DNA of 38,449 nucleotides from Planctomycetota bacterium (GTDB lineage: Bacteria; Planctomycetota; UBA1135; UBA2386): the NCBI GenBank assembly GCA_041164325.1, contig JBEAPQ010000110.1, forward strand, positions 1 to 38,449, in the 5' to 3' direction. Positions 8,192-16,990 of the stretch are shown here, piece after piece (position 1 is the stretch's first letter; each line of letters opens with the position of its first letter). A model generated the notes under the pieces. It was given only the letters and a program-made list of their open reading frames with translations. It was not told where the DNA came from and searched no databases. A program made the translations under genes and the position numbers.

Positions 8192-8752
8192 TCAACGAGA
8201 GGAGTCGTCCGCGCGGTAGGCGCGAAGCCGCGGCCACCAGCAAGGGACGGCGGATCGGTAGGCGCCGTAGTCCGAACCGAACCGTTCGAGCAGGGCGCGT
8301 TCTTCGCGGGGGCGGGCGACGAGGTTCCAGGCCACAGCTCCGGCGATCACGTAGACGAGGCCGAGCCGCGTGCCGAGGAGGCACGAGACGGCCAATCCCT
8401 GGGTCAGTCCGAAGACCGCCATCGGATTGCGGAGGTGGGCGTAGATCCCGCGGACCACGAGGTGGCGGGTCGTATCCAGGGGAAGGGGAGTTCCGTCGCC
8501 GTGCCAAGCGAAGAGCGAGGCGCTGTGCAGGCCGCCCGCACTCGCCGCGGCGAGGAGGAGCCAGGCCGCGGCGTCGGTCCACGGAGCCTTGTCGAAAGGC
8601 GGCCAGCCGAGGATCTCGAACTCGAGGTGCGCGACGGCGCGCGGCAGGACGACCAGGAACAGCCCCCAGAAAGCGACGATCTGCACGAGGGTCGCGGCGA
8701 GGTGGCCCGCGCGGGACCTGTGCCGGGCGACGCGCTCGCGGTAGCGGATCAT
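8192..8752 (-). CDS. Isoprenylcysteine carboxylmethyltransferase / PEMT-family membrane protein
   Basis: GDGTPLP, LVVRGIYAHLRNPM and EERALLERFGSDYGAYRSAVPCWWP. ATGA overlap with the upstream ORF. Confidence 0.88.
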   Translation of the reverse strand: MIRYRERVARHRSRAGHLAATLVQIVAFWGLFLVVLPRAVAHLEFEILGWPPFDKAPWTDAAAWLLLAAASAGGLHSASLFAWHGDGTPLPLDTTRHLVVRGIYAHLRNPMAVFGLTQGLAVSCLLGTRLGLVYVIAGAVAWNLVARPREERALLERFGSDYGAYRSAVPCWWPRLRAYRADDSSR

Positions 8753-9153
8753 GGGCGACCGAGGCGGGCTGCGAGCAGGAGGGGGAGCACCGTGGAGGGC
8801 AGCATCGACAGCGCGCCCCGCCAGAGGGTCGGGTCCTGCCACCAGAGGCCGATCGCGAGGAGTCCTGCGTAGGTCGCCGCTCCCGCATGGAGCCAGAGTG
8901 CCCCGCCGCTCCACGGACGACGGCCTGCGAGGCCGACGGATGCGGCGGCGGCTGTGCCGACGTAGAGGATGCCGTCCGCGAGGCCGAGCGCGCCGAACCA
9001 CCGCGGATCGATCGGAGCCGGAAAGAACAGTGGCCGGAGGTCGGAGGATGCGGCGAGCGCGGCCCACCACGAGAGCCCGGCCACGGCCTCGATCGCGCAG
9101 AAGGTGATGCCGAAGCGCTGCAGGGGTGTGTGTGGACTTCCTCGGCTGCTCAT
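8749..9153 (-). CDS. Small integral membrane protein (about 4 TM), translationally coupled to the ICMT-family gene
   Basis: Hydrophobic 134-aa ORF filling the gap between two genes. Its stop overlaps the downstream ATG. Confidence 0.7.
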   Translation of the reverse strand: MSSRGSPHTPLQRFGITFCAIEAVAGLSWWAALAASSDLRPLFFPAPIDPRWFGALGLADGILYVGTAAAASVGLAGRRPWSGGALWLHAGAATYAGLLAIGLWWQDPTLWRGALSMLPSTVLPLLLAARLGRP

Positions 9154-9166
9154 CGTCGGTCCGGCG

Positions 9167-10768
9167 TCAGAACGCATCGCTCCGCGCGGCATCCCACTCA
9201 CGTCGGAACATGGCGTCGTACTCGTCCTCGCGGGCTCCGAACTTGCCGTGGAGCAGGTCCATGGGCCGCAGGTAGTCGTAGATCTCGGCGTAGCTGGCGA
9301 CCACCGTTGGCGTCAGTCGTCGGATCAGGTGGGAGGGCTCGAGCGCTGCGAAGGAGTCCAGGCCCGCGGCCCCGAGGATCTCGAGGGCGGCACGGACCGT
9401 GTGATGGTGGTAGCGGTGGACCCGGACGCGCTTGTCGGCGACGTCGAGCCCCCGTACGAGCGCGGGGTCCTGCGTCGCCACGCCAACCGGGCAGTGGTTG
9501 CTGTTGCAGCGCAGGGCTTGGATGCAGCCGAGTGCGAACATCATCGGGCGCGCCGAGTTGCACAGGTCCGCACCGATCGCGATGCGGCGGACGATGTCGA
9601 AGCCCGTCGCGATCTTGCCGCTGGCGATCACGCGGACCCTCGAGCGCAGGCCGGCCCCGACGAGGGCGTTGTGGACGAGCAGGAGGCCTTCGGTCAGCGG
9701 GAGGCCCACCGAGTTGGAGAACTCCATCGGCGCCGCGCCGGTCCCGCCTTCGCTGCCGTCCACCGTGATGAAGTCGGGGACCTCGCCGGTCTCGAGCATC
9801 GCCTTGCAGATGCCGAGGAACTCGCGCGGGCGACCGACGCAGAGCTTGAAGCCGACAGGCTTGCCGCCCGACAGTCGTCGCAGCTCCGCGAGGAAGCGGA
9901 CCAGCCCTTCCGGGCTCTCGAAGGCGGTGTGGAAGGGAGGCGAGAGCACGTCCTCGCCGACCGGGACGTGCCGGATCGCAGCGATCTCGGGCGTGACCTT
10001 GCGCCCCGGCAGGATGCCGCCGTGCCCGGGCTTTGCGCCCTGGGACAGCTTGAGCTCGATCATCCGGACCTCGTCGCGCTGTGCCTGCGCGGCGAACAGG
10101 TCGGGGTCGAAGCGGCCGTCCAGCGTTCGGCAGCCGAAGTAGCCCGTGCCGATCTGCCAGCACAGATCGCCGCCCGGCTCGAGGTGATAGGGGCTGATTC
10201 CGCCTTCGCCCGTGTTGTGGCAGAAGCCGCCGAGCTTGGCTCCGCCGTTCAGCGCGAGGACCGCCGCACTGCTCAGCGAACCGTAGCTCATCGCGGAGAT
10301 GTTCAGGATCGACGATTCGTAGGGCTGTGTGCAGGTCCCTTCGCCGATGAGGACGCGCGGCTCCTCTTTCGGCGGGTGCTTGGCGGCGACCGAGTGCGCG
10401 ATCATCTCGGCCCCCTCGGCGTAGACGTCGTGCAGCGTGCCGAAGGGGCGTGTGTCGAGCGCCGCCTTCGACCGTTGGTAGATGACGGCGCGGACCTCGC
10501 GCGAGAACGGTCTGCCGTCGGTGTCCGACTCGACGAAATACTGCTGGATCTCCGGCCGGATCGCCTCGAACAGGTAGCGGAAGTGGCCGATCACCGGGAA
10601 GTTCCGCAGCACGGCGTGCTGGCGCTGGGTGACGTCCCAGAGGCCGAGGATCACGAGCGGAGCGACGACCGCGAAACCCGCGAGTGCCGGGGGCCACAGC
10701 GCGCCCCAGGCCGCGAGACCAGCGGAAACCCCCGCAGAGATCGCGAAGAACGTCCGGACCGGGTTCAT
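9167..10768 (-). CDS. FMN-binding glutamate synthase family protein (YerD/GlxD-like) with N-terminal TM hairpin
   Basis: ISAMSYGSLS, NTGEGG, IELKLSQGAKPGHGG, VDGSEGGTGAAP and the 3Fe-4S motif CIQALRCNSNHC. No amidotransferase domain. Confidence 0.93.
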   Translation of the reverse strand: MNPVRTFFAISAGVSAGLAAWGALWPPALAGFAVVAPLVILGLWDVTQRQHAVLRNFPVIGHFRYLFEAIRPEIQQYFVESDTDGRPFSREVRAVIYQRSKAALDTRPFGTLHDVYAEGAEMIAHSVAAKHPPKEEPRVLIGEGTCTQPYESSILNISAMSYGSLSSAAVLALNGGAKLGGFCHNTGEGGISPYHLEPGGDLCWQIGTGYFGCRTLDGRFDPDLFAAQAQRDEVRMIELKLSQGAKPGHGGILPGRKVTPEIAAIRHVPVGEDVLSPPFHTAFESPEGLVRFLAELRRLSGGKPVGFKLCVGRPREFLGICKAMLETGEVPDFITVDGSEGGTGAAPMEFSNSVGLPLTEGLLLVHNALVGAGLRSRVRVIASGKIATGFDIVRRIAIGADLCNSARPMMFALGCIQALRCNSNHCPVGVATQDPALVRGLDVADKRVRVHRYHHHTVRAALEILGAAGLDSFAALEPSHLIRRLTPTVVASYAEIYDYLRPMDLLHGKFGAREDEYDAMFRREWDAARSDAF

Positions 10769-10832
10769 CTTCCGCAAGCATCCCAAGGGCTGCGGCCGGG
10801 CTCCAGTCGCAGCGCTCCGCCGCGGCGCAGAT

Positions 10833-12722
10833 TCAGTGGATCCGCAGTGAGGACGCCTGGGTGAGATAGGCGAGACCGACGGTCGGAAGGACCACAGCCT
10901 GGAACCCGAGTTCGAGGCTCCGGAGCTGCGGGAGGTCGGGAACCGGGAGGTGCAGGACCGTCGTGCCGTCCGTGTCCAGTGATCCCATGGGCACCGGGAT
11001 CAGCGAGCTCGGATCGAGCACGAACTCGCCGAGCCCCGGGATCACGAGTGGGTTGGATCGTGAGAAGCCGCTCACGGCCCCGATCAGTGCTCCCGCCGGA
11101 CCGTGCGCGTGCAGGTCCAGTGTGGCTCCTCTGCCGAACATCCGCCGGAACTCCGGGAACTGCGCGTGGGTGTGGAGATCGGGAACGGCCGAGAACGCGA
11201 GGATCTCCGTATCGGTGATCCATGCGCCGACCTCGGAGCTCGCTCTCGTCTCGAGCAAGCGGCCCGCGAACGTCGTGCGCTCGAGCGTGCCGCTGGACGC
11301 GCTGTATCCGAACGCAGTCTGGTTGCCTGCGGCGACGAGCACCGTGCGCCAGATGCGGAGGTCCAGAGGTCGGTCAGCGGGGGTCAGCGACGACTCGATC
11401 CACACTCCGCGCCGCGGCTCGAACACCGCGAGGTGGGCATCGTCCTCGACGGCGAGCACCGAGCTGCCGCTGTTGCTGTGGAGACTCGCGCGCGCGCTGG
11501 TCGACCGTGCCGTGAAGCGATCGCCGCGTGGAGTGAATCCGAAGACCTGCTGCCCCTGCGTGTCCAGGAGCAGAGCGCCGTTGCGCGCCAGCACGGGAAG
11601 TCTGGCGTCGACCCCCTGTGGGGCCGCAGTCCAGTTGCCGGACATCGCGCTGAAGAGGACGGGTGTGCCGGCTCCTGACTCGGTCACGGCTGCCAGGGTC
11701 GCATTCACGGCCGTGGCCGAGACCGTCCCGACGCGCGCAGCGACCGAGGACAGGAGCGCGCTGTATCCCACGACCCGCCCGGGCTCGACGAAGAGCCCGA
11801 CGGCCTCCGCTTGCTGCAGCGACGCGGACGGGCTCGTGCTGAGCGTGGTCCAGTCTGCATTGGGCACCGAGAACATCCGGTGGCTCGTGCCCGTGGGATC
11901 GACGACGTGCACCCAGTGATCGGCGAAGGTCGCCGTCGATCCCGGGGGGACCGTGGACCGGCCGAACGTGCCCCGCACGCCGCTGAAAGCGGCGGCTTCG
12001 TGGCTGCCGAGCCAGAGCACGGCGTCGCGCGTGGCCTGGGGGGCGATCGGAGCGGCCGACGGCAGCGCGGTCCGGGCCCAACGGGCCTGGATCGCCGAGA
12101 ACCCGAAGCCGTCGATGCCATCCGTCGCCCAGCCGGCGGTGTCCGCCGCTCCGACGGCAGCGATCGGCGCCGTGGACGTCTGCGTGACCCATCCGTCGGC
12201 AAGCGCGCTCATCCCTCGGAGCTGCGTTCCCTCGGCAAGGATCGCCACGTTGCGCTGCACGGTGATCAGCGCCGTGGGCGACACCGGCTGCGCGGCCCAA
12301 CGTCCGTGGAAGCCCGAGAACGACCAGAGGGTGCCACCGTCGAGCACGAGGATGATCCCGTCGTTCCGCGCCGACACTGCGTTCAGGACCGTGGCGTTCG
12401 CAGAGACCGGAACCACGTCGAAGACTCCACGGGCCGCGCTCATCGCAGCGACGAATGCTCCATCGACGATCAGCAGCCAGTCGTTCGCGTCGCGGATGGT
12501 CGCCGTTGGACTCACCGGCACCGTCACCCATGCGCGGGTCGCCGCGGAGAACGCATGCAGCTGTCCCGCCTCGACGAACCAGAGCATCTTCCCGATGTGG
12601 TCGACGGACGCTGCCGCCGCATGCGCAGGGGCGGGCACGAACGACGGAGGCCGTTGGCTCGCGAGCGGCGTGGCGAGGCCGATCAGCGTGGCGAAGAGCG
12701 GGAGGCGGAGCATGGGGAGCAT
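10833..12722 (-). CDS. Secreted repeat protein (predicted beta-propeller plus C-terminal beta domain)
   Basis: Signal peptide ending LAS-Q. About 13 copies of a roughly 38-aa unit with core (A/G)(F/Y/M)S(A/G)xxxxW. The start may be 12722 or 12713. Confidence 0.75.
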   Translation of the reverse strand: MLPMLRLPLFATLIGLATPLASQRPPSFVPAPAHAAAASVDHIGKMLWFVEAGQLHAFSAATRAWVTVPVSPTATIRDANDWLLIVDGAFVAAMSAARGVFDVVPVSANATVLNAVSARNDGIILVLDGGTLWSFSGFHGRWAAQPVSPTALITVQRNVAILAEGTQLRGMSALADGWVTQTSTAPIAAVGAADTAGWATDGIDGFGFSAIQARWARTALPSAAPIAPQATRDAVLWLGSHEAAAFSGVRGTFGRSTVPPGSTATFADHWVHVVDPTGTSHRMFSVPNADWTTLSTSPSASLQQAEAVGLFVEPGRVVGYSALLSSVAARVGTVSATAVNATLAAVTESGAGTPVLFSAMSGNWTAAPQGVDARLPVLARNGALLLDTQGQQVFGFTPRGDRFTARSTSARASLHSNSGSSVLAVEDDAHLAVFEPRRGVWIESSLTPADRPLDLRIWRTVLVAAGNQTAFGYSASSGTLERTTFAGRLLETRASSEVGAWITDTEILAFSAVPDLHTHAQFPEFRRMFGRGATLDLHAHGPAGALIGAVSGFSRSNPLVIPGLGEFVLDPSSLIPVPMGSLDTDGTTVLHLPVPDLPQLRSLELGFQAVVLPTVGLAYLTQASSLRIH

Positions 12723-12783
12723 GCGGCGCGCAGAGTCTACCCGTCGATCGGCGTTCCGGGTCTCGCAACCGGCCCGGCGGAGA

Positions 12784-12808
12784 TCACAGTGGCTCGCAGA
12801 GCCTGTGA
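12784..12808 (-). terminator. Hairpin immediately after the argA stop; possible arg operon terminator
   Basis: On the minus strand TCACAGGCTC-TGC-GAGCC(AC)TGTGA directly follows the stop. There is no strong U-tract. Confidence 0.4.
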
Positions 12809-12809
12809 C

Positions 12810-13340
12810 TCAGGTCAGGCGAACCGGCCGGCTCGGGAGGGTCGGTCCCTCGGCCTCTTCCTCTGGCGTCGGTCCGCGGAGCGTGCGGAGCATCGCAATC
12901 TCGTCGCAGGCCGTGAACTTGGGGCAGTTCTTGCAGTCGTTGAACATCTTGTGGGGAAGTTCACGGTGCGTGACGACGGCGAAGCCGAGCTTCTCGAAGA
13001 AGCCGGGCACGTAGGTGAAGCAGTAGACCTTGGGCAGGCCGAGCTCCGCGGCGATCTCGATCAGGCGCTCCGCCATCGCGCGCCCGATGCCGCCCTTCTG
13101 GGCGTCCGGGTGCACGGCGATCGAGCGGATCTCTCCCATGTCGGACCAGATCACGTGGAGCGCGGCGCAGCCGACGAATTCGCCGTCGAGCTCGGCGACG
13201 ACGAAGTCTCGGATGTGCTCGATGACCGAGGCGGGCGATCGCGGAAGCATGACCTGCCGCACGGCGAGCTCGTTGATCAGCCGCATGATGCGGCCCGCAT
13301 CGCTGACTCTCGCGCTGCGGATACAGAGGTTGCGGGTCAT
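12810..13340 (-). CDS. argA: Short GNAT-type N-acetylglutamate synthase
   Basis: MLPRS, GCAALH, EIRSIAV, FFEKLGF and LPHKMFNDCKNCPKFTACDEIAM. Last gene of the arg operon, ATGA-coupled to argH. Confidence 0.85.
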   Translation of the reverse strand: MTRNLCIRSARVSDAGRIMRLINELAVRQVMLPRSPASVIEHIRDFVVAELDGEFVGCAALHVIWSDMGEIRSIAVHPDAQKGGIGRAMAERLIEIAAELGLPKVYCFTYVPGFFEKLGFAVVTHRELPHKMFNDCKNCPKFTACDEIAMLRTLRGPTPEEEAEGPTLPSRPVRLT

Positions 13341-14743
13341 GGCTTGCCCCGCTCGGTCTTGGTCGGTGCGAGTCGCTTCTGCCACGCGTTGACCTCGGCG
13401 CGCACCCGAGAAGGTGCTGTGCCTCCCGCGACCTTGCGCCGCGCGAGCACGCGGTCGACGGACAGTTCGCGACGCAGGCTCGCGGCCGGGATCTCGGGCA
13501 TGAGCTCGGTCAGCACCTCGGTCGGCAGGTCCTCGAGCTCGCAGCTGTGCTCGATGGCCGTGCGGACGGCGACGCCGACGCGTTCGTGCGCGTCGCGGAA
13601 CGGGACGCCGGCCAGCACGAGCAGGTCCGCGAGGTCCGTCGCGTTGAGGTAGCCGGTCGCGGCGGCCGCGCGGCACCTCTCCTCGTCGTACTCGGTGGTC
13701 TCGACCACGGTCGTCATGACGCGGACACAGGCGGTCGTCTGGTCGAGCGCGTCGAAGAGACCTTCCTTGTCCTCCTGGAGGTCCTTGTCGTAGGCCAACG
13801 GCAGGCCCTTCATCGTCATGAGGAGGGCCTGGAGGTGACCTGCGATCCGGCCACACTTGCCGCGGATCAGCTCGAGCGCGTCCGGGTTCTTCTTCTGCGG
13901 CATCAGGCTCGAACCCGTCGCCACCGCGTCGGCGAAGCGCACGAGCCGGGACTCGAACGTGCCGAGGAAGATCCAGTCCTCGGCAAGACGCGACAGGTGG
14001 ACCATCGTCAGCGAGCACGCGAACAGGATCTCGGCGACGTGGTCCCGATCACTGACGGTATCGAGGCTGTTGCGGGTCGGTCCACGGAAGCCCAGGTCCT
14101 GGGCCAGGGCCTTCCGGTCGACGGGGAACGCGGTCCCGGCCAGGGCTCCACAACCGAGCGGGGAGAGGTCCATCCGGGTGAGTGCGTCCGCCATGCGGCC
14201 TCGGTCCCGATCGAGCATCTCGGCATAAGCGAGTGCATGGTGTCCGGCGGTCACCGGCTGGGCGCGCTGGAGGTGCGTGTAGCCCGGCACGGGGAGATCG
14301 CTCGTCGCGGACGCCAGCTGGACCAGCGCGCGCTGCAGCGCCGCCATGGCCTGGTCGAGCGCCCCGACGCTGCGCTTCATCCACAGCCGCAGGTCGGTCG
14401 CGACCTGGTCGTTGCGGGAACGTCCGGTGTGGAGCTTCTTCGCGAGCGTCCCGACGAGCGCGCCGAGCTCGCGCTCGACGAAGCTGTGGACGTCTTCATC
14501 CGCAGCGCGTTCGCAGAGGCCGGGGTCGGCAGCCACGCGCTTGCGCAGCGTCGCCAACGCCTTCTCGAGCTTCCTGACCTCCGCTGCCGTGAGCACGCCG
14601 GCCTTGCCCAGCGCGCGCGCCCAGGCGGCGCTGCCGACGAGGTCCTCGTCGACCATGCGCTGGTCGAACGACAGGCTGCGGTTGAACCGCTCGAAGAACG
14701 GATCGAGACCGCCTGCGAAGCGGCCACCCCAGAGCTTGCTCAT
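13337..14743 (-). CDS. argH: Argininosuccinate lyase
   Basis: KLWGGRF, HTGRSRNDQ, PGYTHLQRAQP, GSSLMPQKKNPD and YDKDLQEDKE. Confidence 0.97.
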   Translation of the reverse strand: MSKLWGGRFAGGLDPFFERFNRSLSFDQRMVDEDLVGSAAWARALGKAGVLTAAEVRKLEKALATLRKRVAADPGLCERAADEDVHSFVERELGALVGTLAKKLHTGRSRNDQVATDLRLWMKRSVGALDQAMAALQRALVQLASATSDLPVPGYTHLQRAQPVTAGHHALAYAEMLDRDRGRMADALTRMDLSPLGCGALAGTAFPVDRKALAQDLGFRGPTRNSLDTVSDRDHVAEILFACSLTMVHLSRLAEDWIFLGTFESRLVRFADAVATGSSLMPQKKNPDALELIRGKCGRIAGHLQALLMTMKGLPLAYDKDLQEDKEGLFDALDQTTACVRVMTTVVETTEYDEERCRAAAATGYLNATDLADLLVLAGVPFRDAHERVGVAVRTAIEHSCELEDLPTEVLTELMPEIPAASLRRELSVDRVLARRKVAGGTAPSRVRAEVNAWQKRLAPTKTERGKP

Positions 14744-15966
14744 GCGGACAGGTCCTCGCCGGCAGCCTTGGCGCGCGCTGCGGCGACCGCGCCCGGCAGG
14801 CCGTAGAGCTTGACGAAGCCGCGGCTGTCGGCCTGCTGGAAGCTCGCCGAGGCGCCGAACGTCGCGAGGTCCTCGGAGTAGAGGGTGAACGGCGACTCGG
14901 CGCCGATCGCCGTCGCGGTTCCCTTGAACAGTCGGACGCGGACCTGGCCGGTCACGTAGCGCGTCGCCTCGCGGAACAGCGCATCCATCGACCTCCGGAG
15001 CGGGTGGTACCAGCGGCCCGTGTAGACGATGTCGGCGTAGTCCGGCATCAGCTTCTCGCACATCCGCATCGTGTCGCGTTCCATCGTCAGACTGCGCAGC
15101 GTGCGGAGCCCTTCGAGCACGATCGTGCCGCCTGGAGTTTCGTAGACGCCGCGCGACTTCATGCCGACGAGGCGGTTCTCGGTGATGTCGACGCGCCCCA
15201 CGCCGTGGCGACCGCCGATCTCGTTCAGGCGTTCGACGAGCGTGACGGCATCGAGGCGCTCACCGCCGATGCCGACCGGGACGCCGGCTTCGTAGTCGAC
15301 CGTGACGACCTCTTCCTGGTCCGGCGCCTGGCGAGGGTCGACCGTCAGCATCCAGACGTCGTCCGGCGGGCAGTTCGCGGGGTCTTCGAGCGCGCCGCCC
15401 TCGTGGCTGATGTGCCAGAGGTTGCGGTCACGGGAGTAGATCTTCTCCTTCGTCGCTGCGATCTGGATGCCGCGGCTCTGCGCGTAGTCGATCGCGTCCT
15501 CGCGGCTCTGGATGTCCCAGTTGCGCCAAGGCGCGACGATCTCCAGGTCGGGATTCAGGTAGTGGTAGCCGAGTTCGAAGCGGACCTGGTCGTTGCCCTT
15601 GCCGGTGCAGCCGTGGGCGACGACGCCTGCGCCGACTTCGGCGGCGTAGTCGACCTGCGCCTTGGCGAGGATCGGACGCGCCATGCTGGTGCCGAGCAGG
15701 TAGCGGCCCTCGTAGACCGCCATCGCGCGCAGGCACGGCCACACGCAGTCTTCGAGGAAGGGCTGGCGCAGATCGACGACCTTGCAGGAGGCCGCGCCAG
15801 ACGCGATGGCCTTGGCTTCGAGACCGTGGAGTTCACCGGTTCCTTGGCCGACGTCACCCGCGACGCAGTGGACCTCGAGGCCGTGGTTCTCCTTCAGCCA
15901 GGGAATGATGATCGACGTGTCGAGACCGCCGGAGTAGGCGAGGACGACCTTGTTCTTGTCCGTCAT
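14740..15966 (-). CDS. argG: Argininosuccinate synthase
   Basis: VLAYSGGLDTS, HGCTGKGNDQVRF, YSRDRNLWH and ENRLVGMKSRGVYETPG. Confidence 0.97.
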   Translation of the reverse strand: MTDKNKVVLAYSGGLDTSIIIPWLKENHGLEVHCVAGDVGQGTGELHGLEAKAIASGAASCKVVDLRQPFLEDCVWPCLRAMAVYEGRYLLGTSMARPILAKAQVDYAAEVGAGVVAHGCTGKGNDQVRFELGYHYLNPDLEIVAPWRNWDIQSREDAIDYAQSRGIQIAATKEKIYSRDRNLWHISHEGGALEDPANCPPDDVWMLTVDPRQAPDQEEVVTVDYEAGVPVGIGGERLDAVTLVERLNEIGGRHGVGRVDITENRLVGMKSRGVYETPGGTIVLEGLRTLRSLTMERDTMRMCEKLMPDYADIVYTGRWYHPLRRSMDALFREATRYVTGQVRVRLFKGTATAIGAESPFTLYSEDLATFGASASFQQADSRGFVKLYGLPGAVAAARAKAAGEDLSA

Positions 15967-16019
15967 GAGGGGCGAGTGGGGAGGGGCGTGTGTGGGGGGA
16001 GGGTGGCGGACCCTTCGGG

Positions 16020-16967
16020 TCACTTGTTGAGCAGCAGGACGAGGATCGCCTTCTGGATGTGGAGGCGGTTCTCGGCGATGTCGAAGACGATGCTCTGCGG
16101 GCAGTCCATGACGCCGGCGGTCACCTCGGCGCCGCGGTGCGCGGGCAGGCAGTGCATGAAGAACGCATCCGGACGGGCGAGGGCCATCAGCTCTTCGTCG
16201 ACCTGGTAGTCGAGGAAGATCGCGTTGCGCTCCTCGACCTCGTCTTCCTGGCCCATGCTGGCCCAGACGTCGGTGTAGATCGCGTCGGCTCCCGCCACGG
16301 CGGCGTGCGGGTCGCTGACGATGACGACCTCCGATCCGGTCTCGACCGCCTCGCGCATGGCTTCGTTGACCACCTTGGAGTTCGGCTCGTAGCCCTCGGG
16401 CGTGCACACCGTGATGTGCGCGCCGAGCTTGGCGGCCGTGTGGATCAGCGAGTGGCACGTGTTGTTGCCGTCGCCGACGTAGACGACCTTGCGACCCGCG
16501 ATCTGGCCGCCCCACTTCTCGTGGAGCGTGAAGAAGTCGCTGAGTGCCTGGCACGGGTGCAGGTAGTCGGACAGGCCGTTGATGACCGGGATCGAGCAGT
16601 TCTCCGCGAGGTCCGTGACGACCCTGTGCTTGAACGTCCGCGCGACGACGGCGTCGACCCAGCGCTCGAGGTTCTTGGCGACGTCGCGGATCGACTCGCG
16701 CGCGCCGATGCGGGCGTCGCGGTGGTCCATGAACACCGCGTGGCCGCCCAGGTCCTGCATGCCGACGTCGAACGTGAACCGGGTCCGCAGGCTGTCCTTC
16801 TCGAAGATCATCGCCAGCTTGCGGCCCTTGAGGACCGCGTCGTGCTGGCGGCGGTTCTGCTTGAGCTCGGCTGCGGTGTGGAAGATCAGACCAACCTCGG
16901 CAGGGGTGAGTTGGGCGATCGACGTCAGGTCCTTGTGGGGGAGCGACCCGAAGGAGAAGTCGGACAT
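16020..16967 (-). CDS. argF: Ornithine carbamoyltransferase
   Basis: FEKDSLRTR, HPCQAL, GDGNN, TDVWASMGQE, HCLPAHRG and AENRLH. Confidence 0.95.
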   Translation of the reverse strand: MSDFSFGSLPHKDLTSIAQLTPAEVGLIFHTAAELKQNRRQHDAVLKGRKLAMIFEKDSLRTRFTFDVGMQDLGGHAVFMDHRDARIGARESIRDVAKNLERWVDAVVARTFKHRVVTDLAENCSIPVINGLSDYLHPCQALSDFFTLHEKWGGQIAGRKVVYVGDGNNTCHSLIHTAAKLGAHITVCTPEGYEPNSKVVNEAMREAVETGSEVVIVSDPHAAVAGADAIYTDVWASMGQEDEVEERNAIFLDYQVDEELMALARPDAFFMHCLPAHRGAEVTAGVMDCPQSIVFDIAENRLHIQKAILVLLLNK

Positions 16968-16990
16968 GGCGGTGCAGGGATGCGTCGGCC

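Noticed and set aside
12810-14743. Possible argH-argA fusion
   Set aside because: The two are in different frames with a clean ATGA overlap at 13337-13340.
16780-16806. SLRTR instead of STRTR, suggesting N-acetyl- or N-succinylornithine carbamoyltransferase
   Set aside because: The ornithine-binding DVWASMG loop and HCLPAHRG are canonical OTCase, and argJ is present to supply ornithine.
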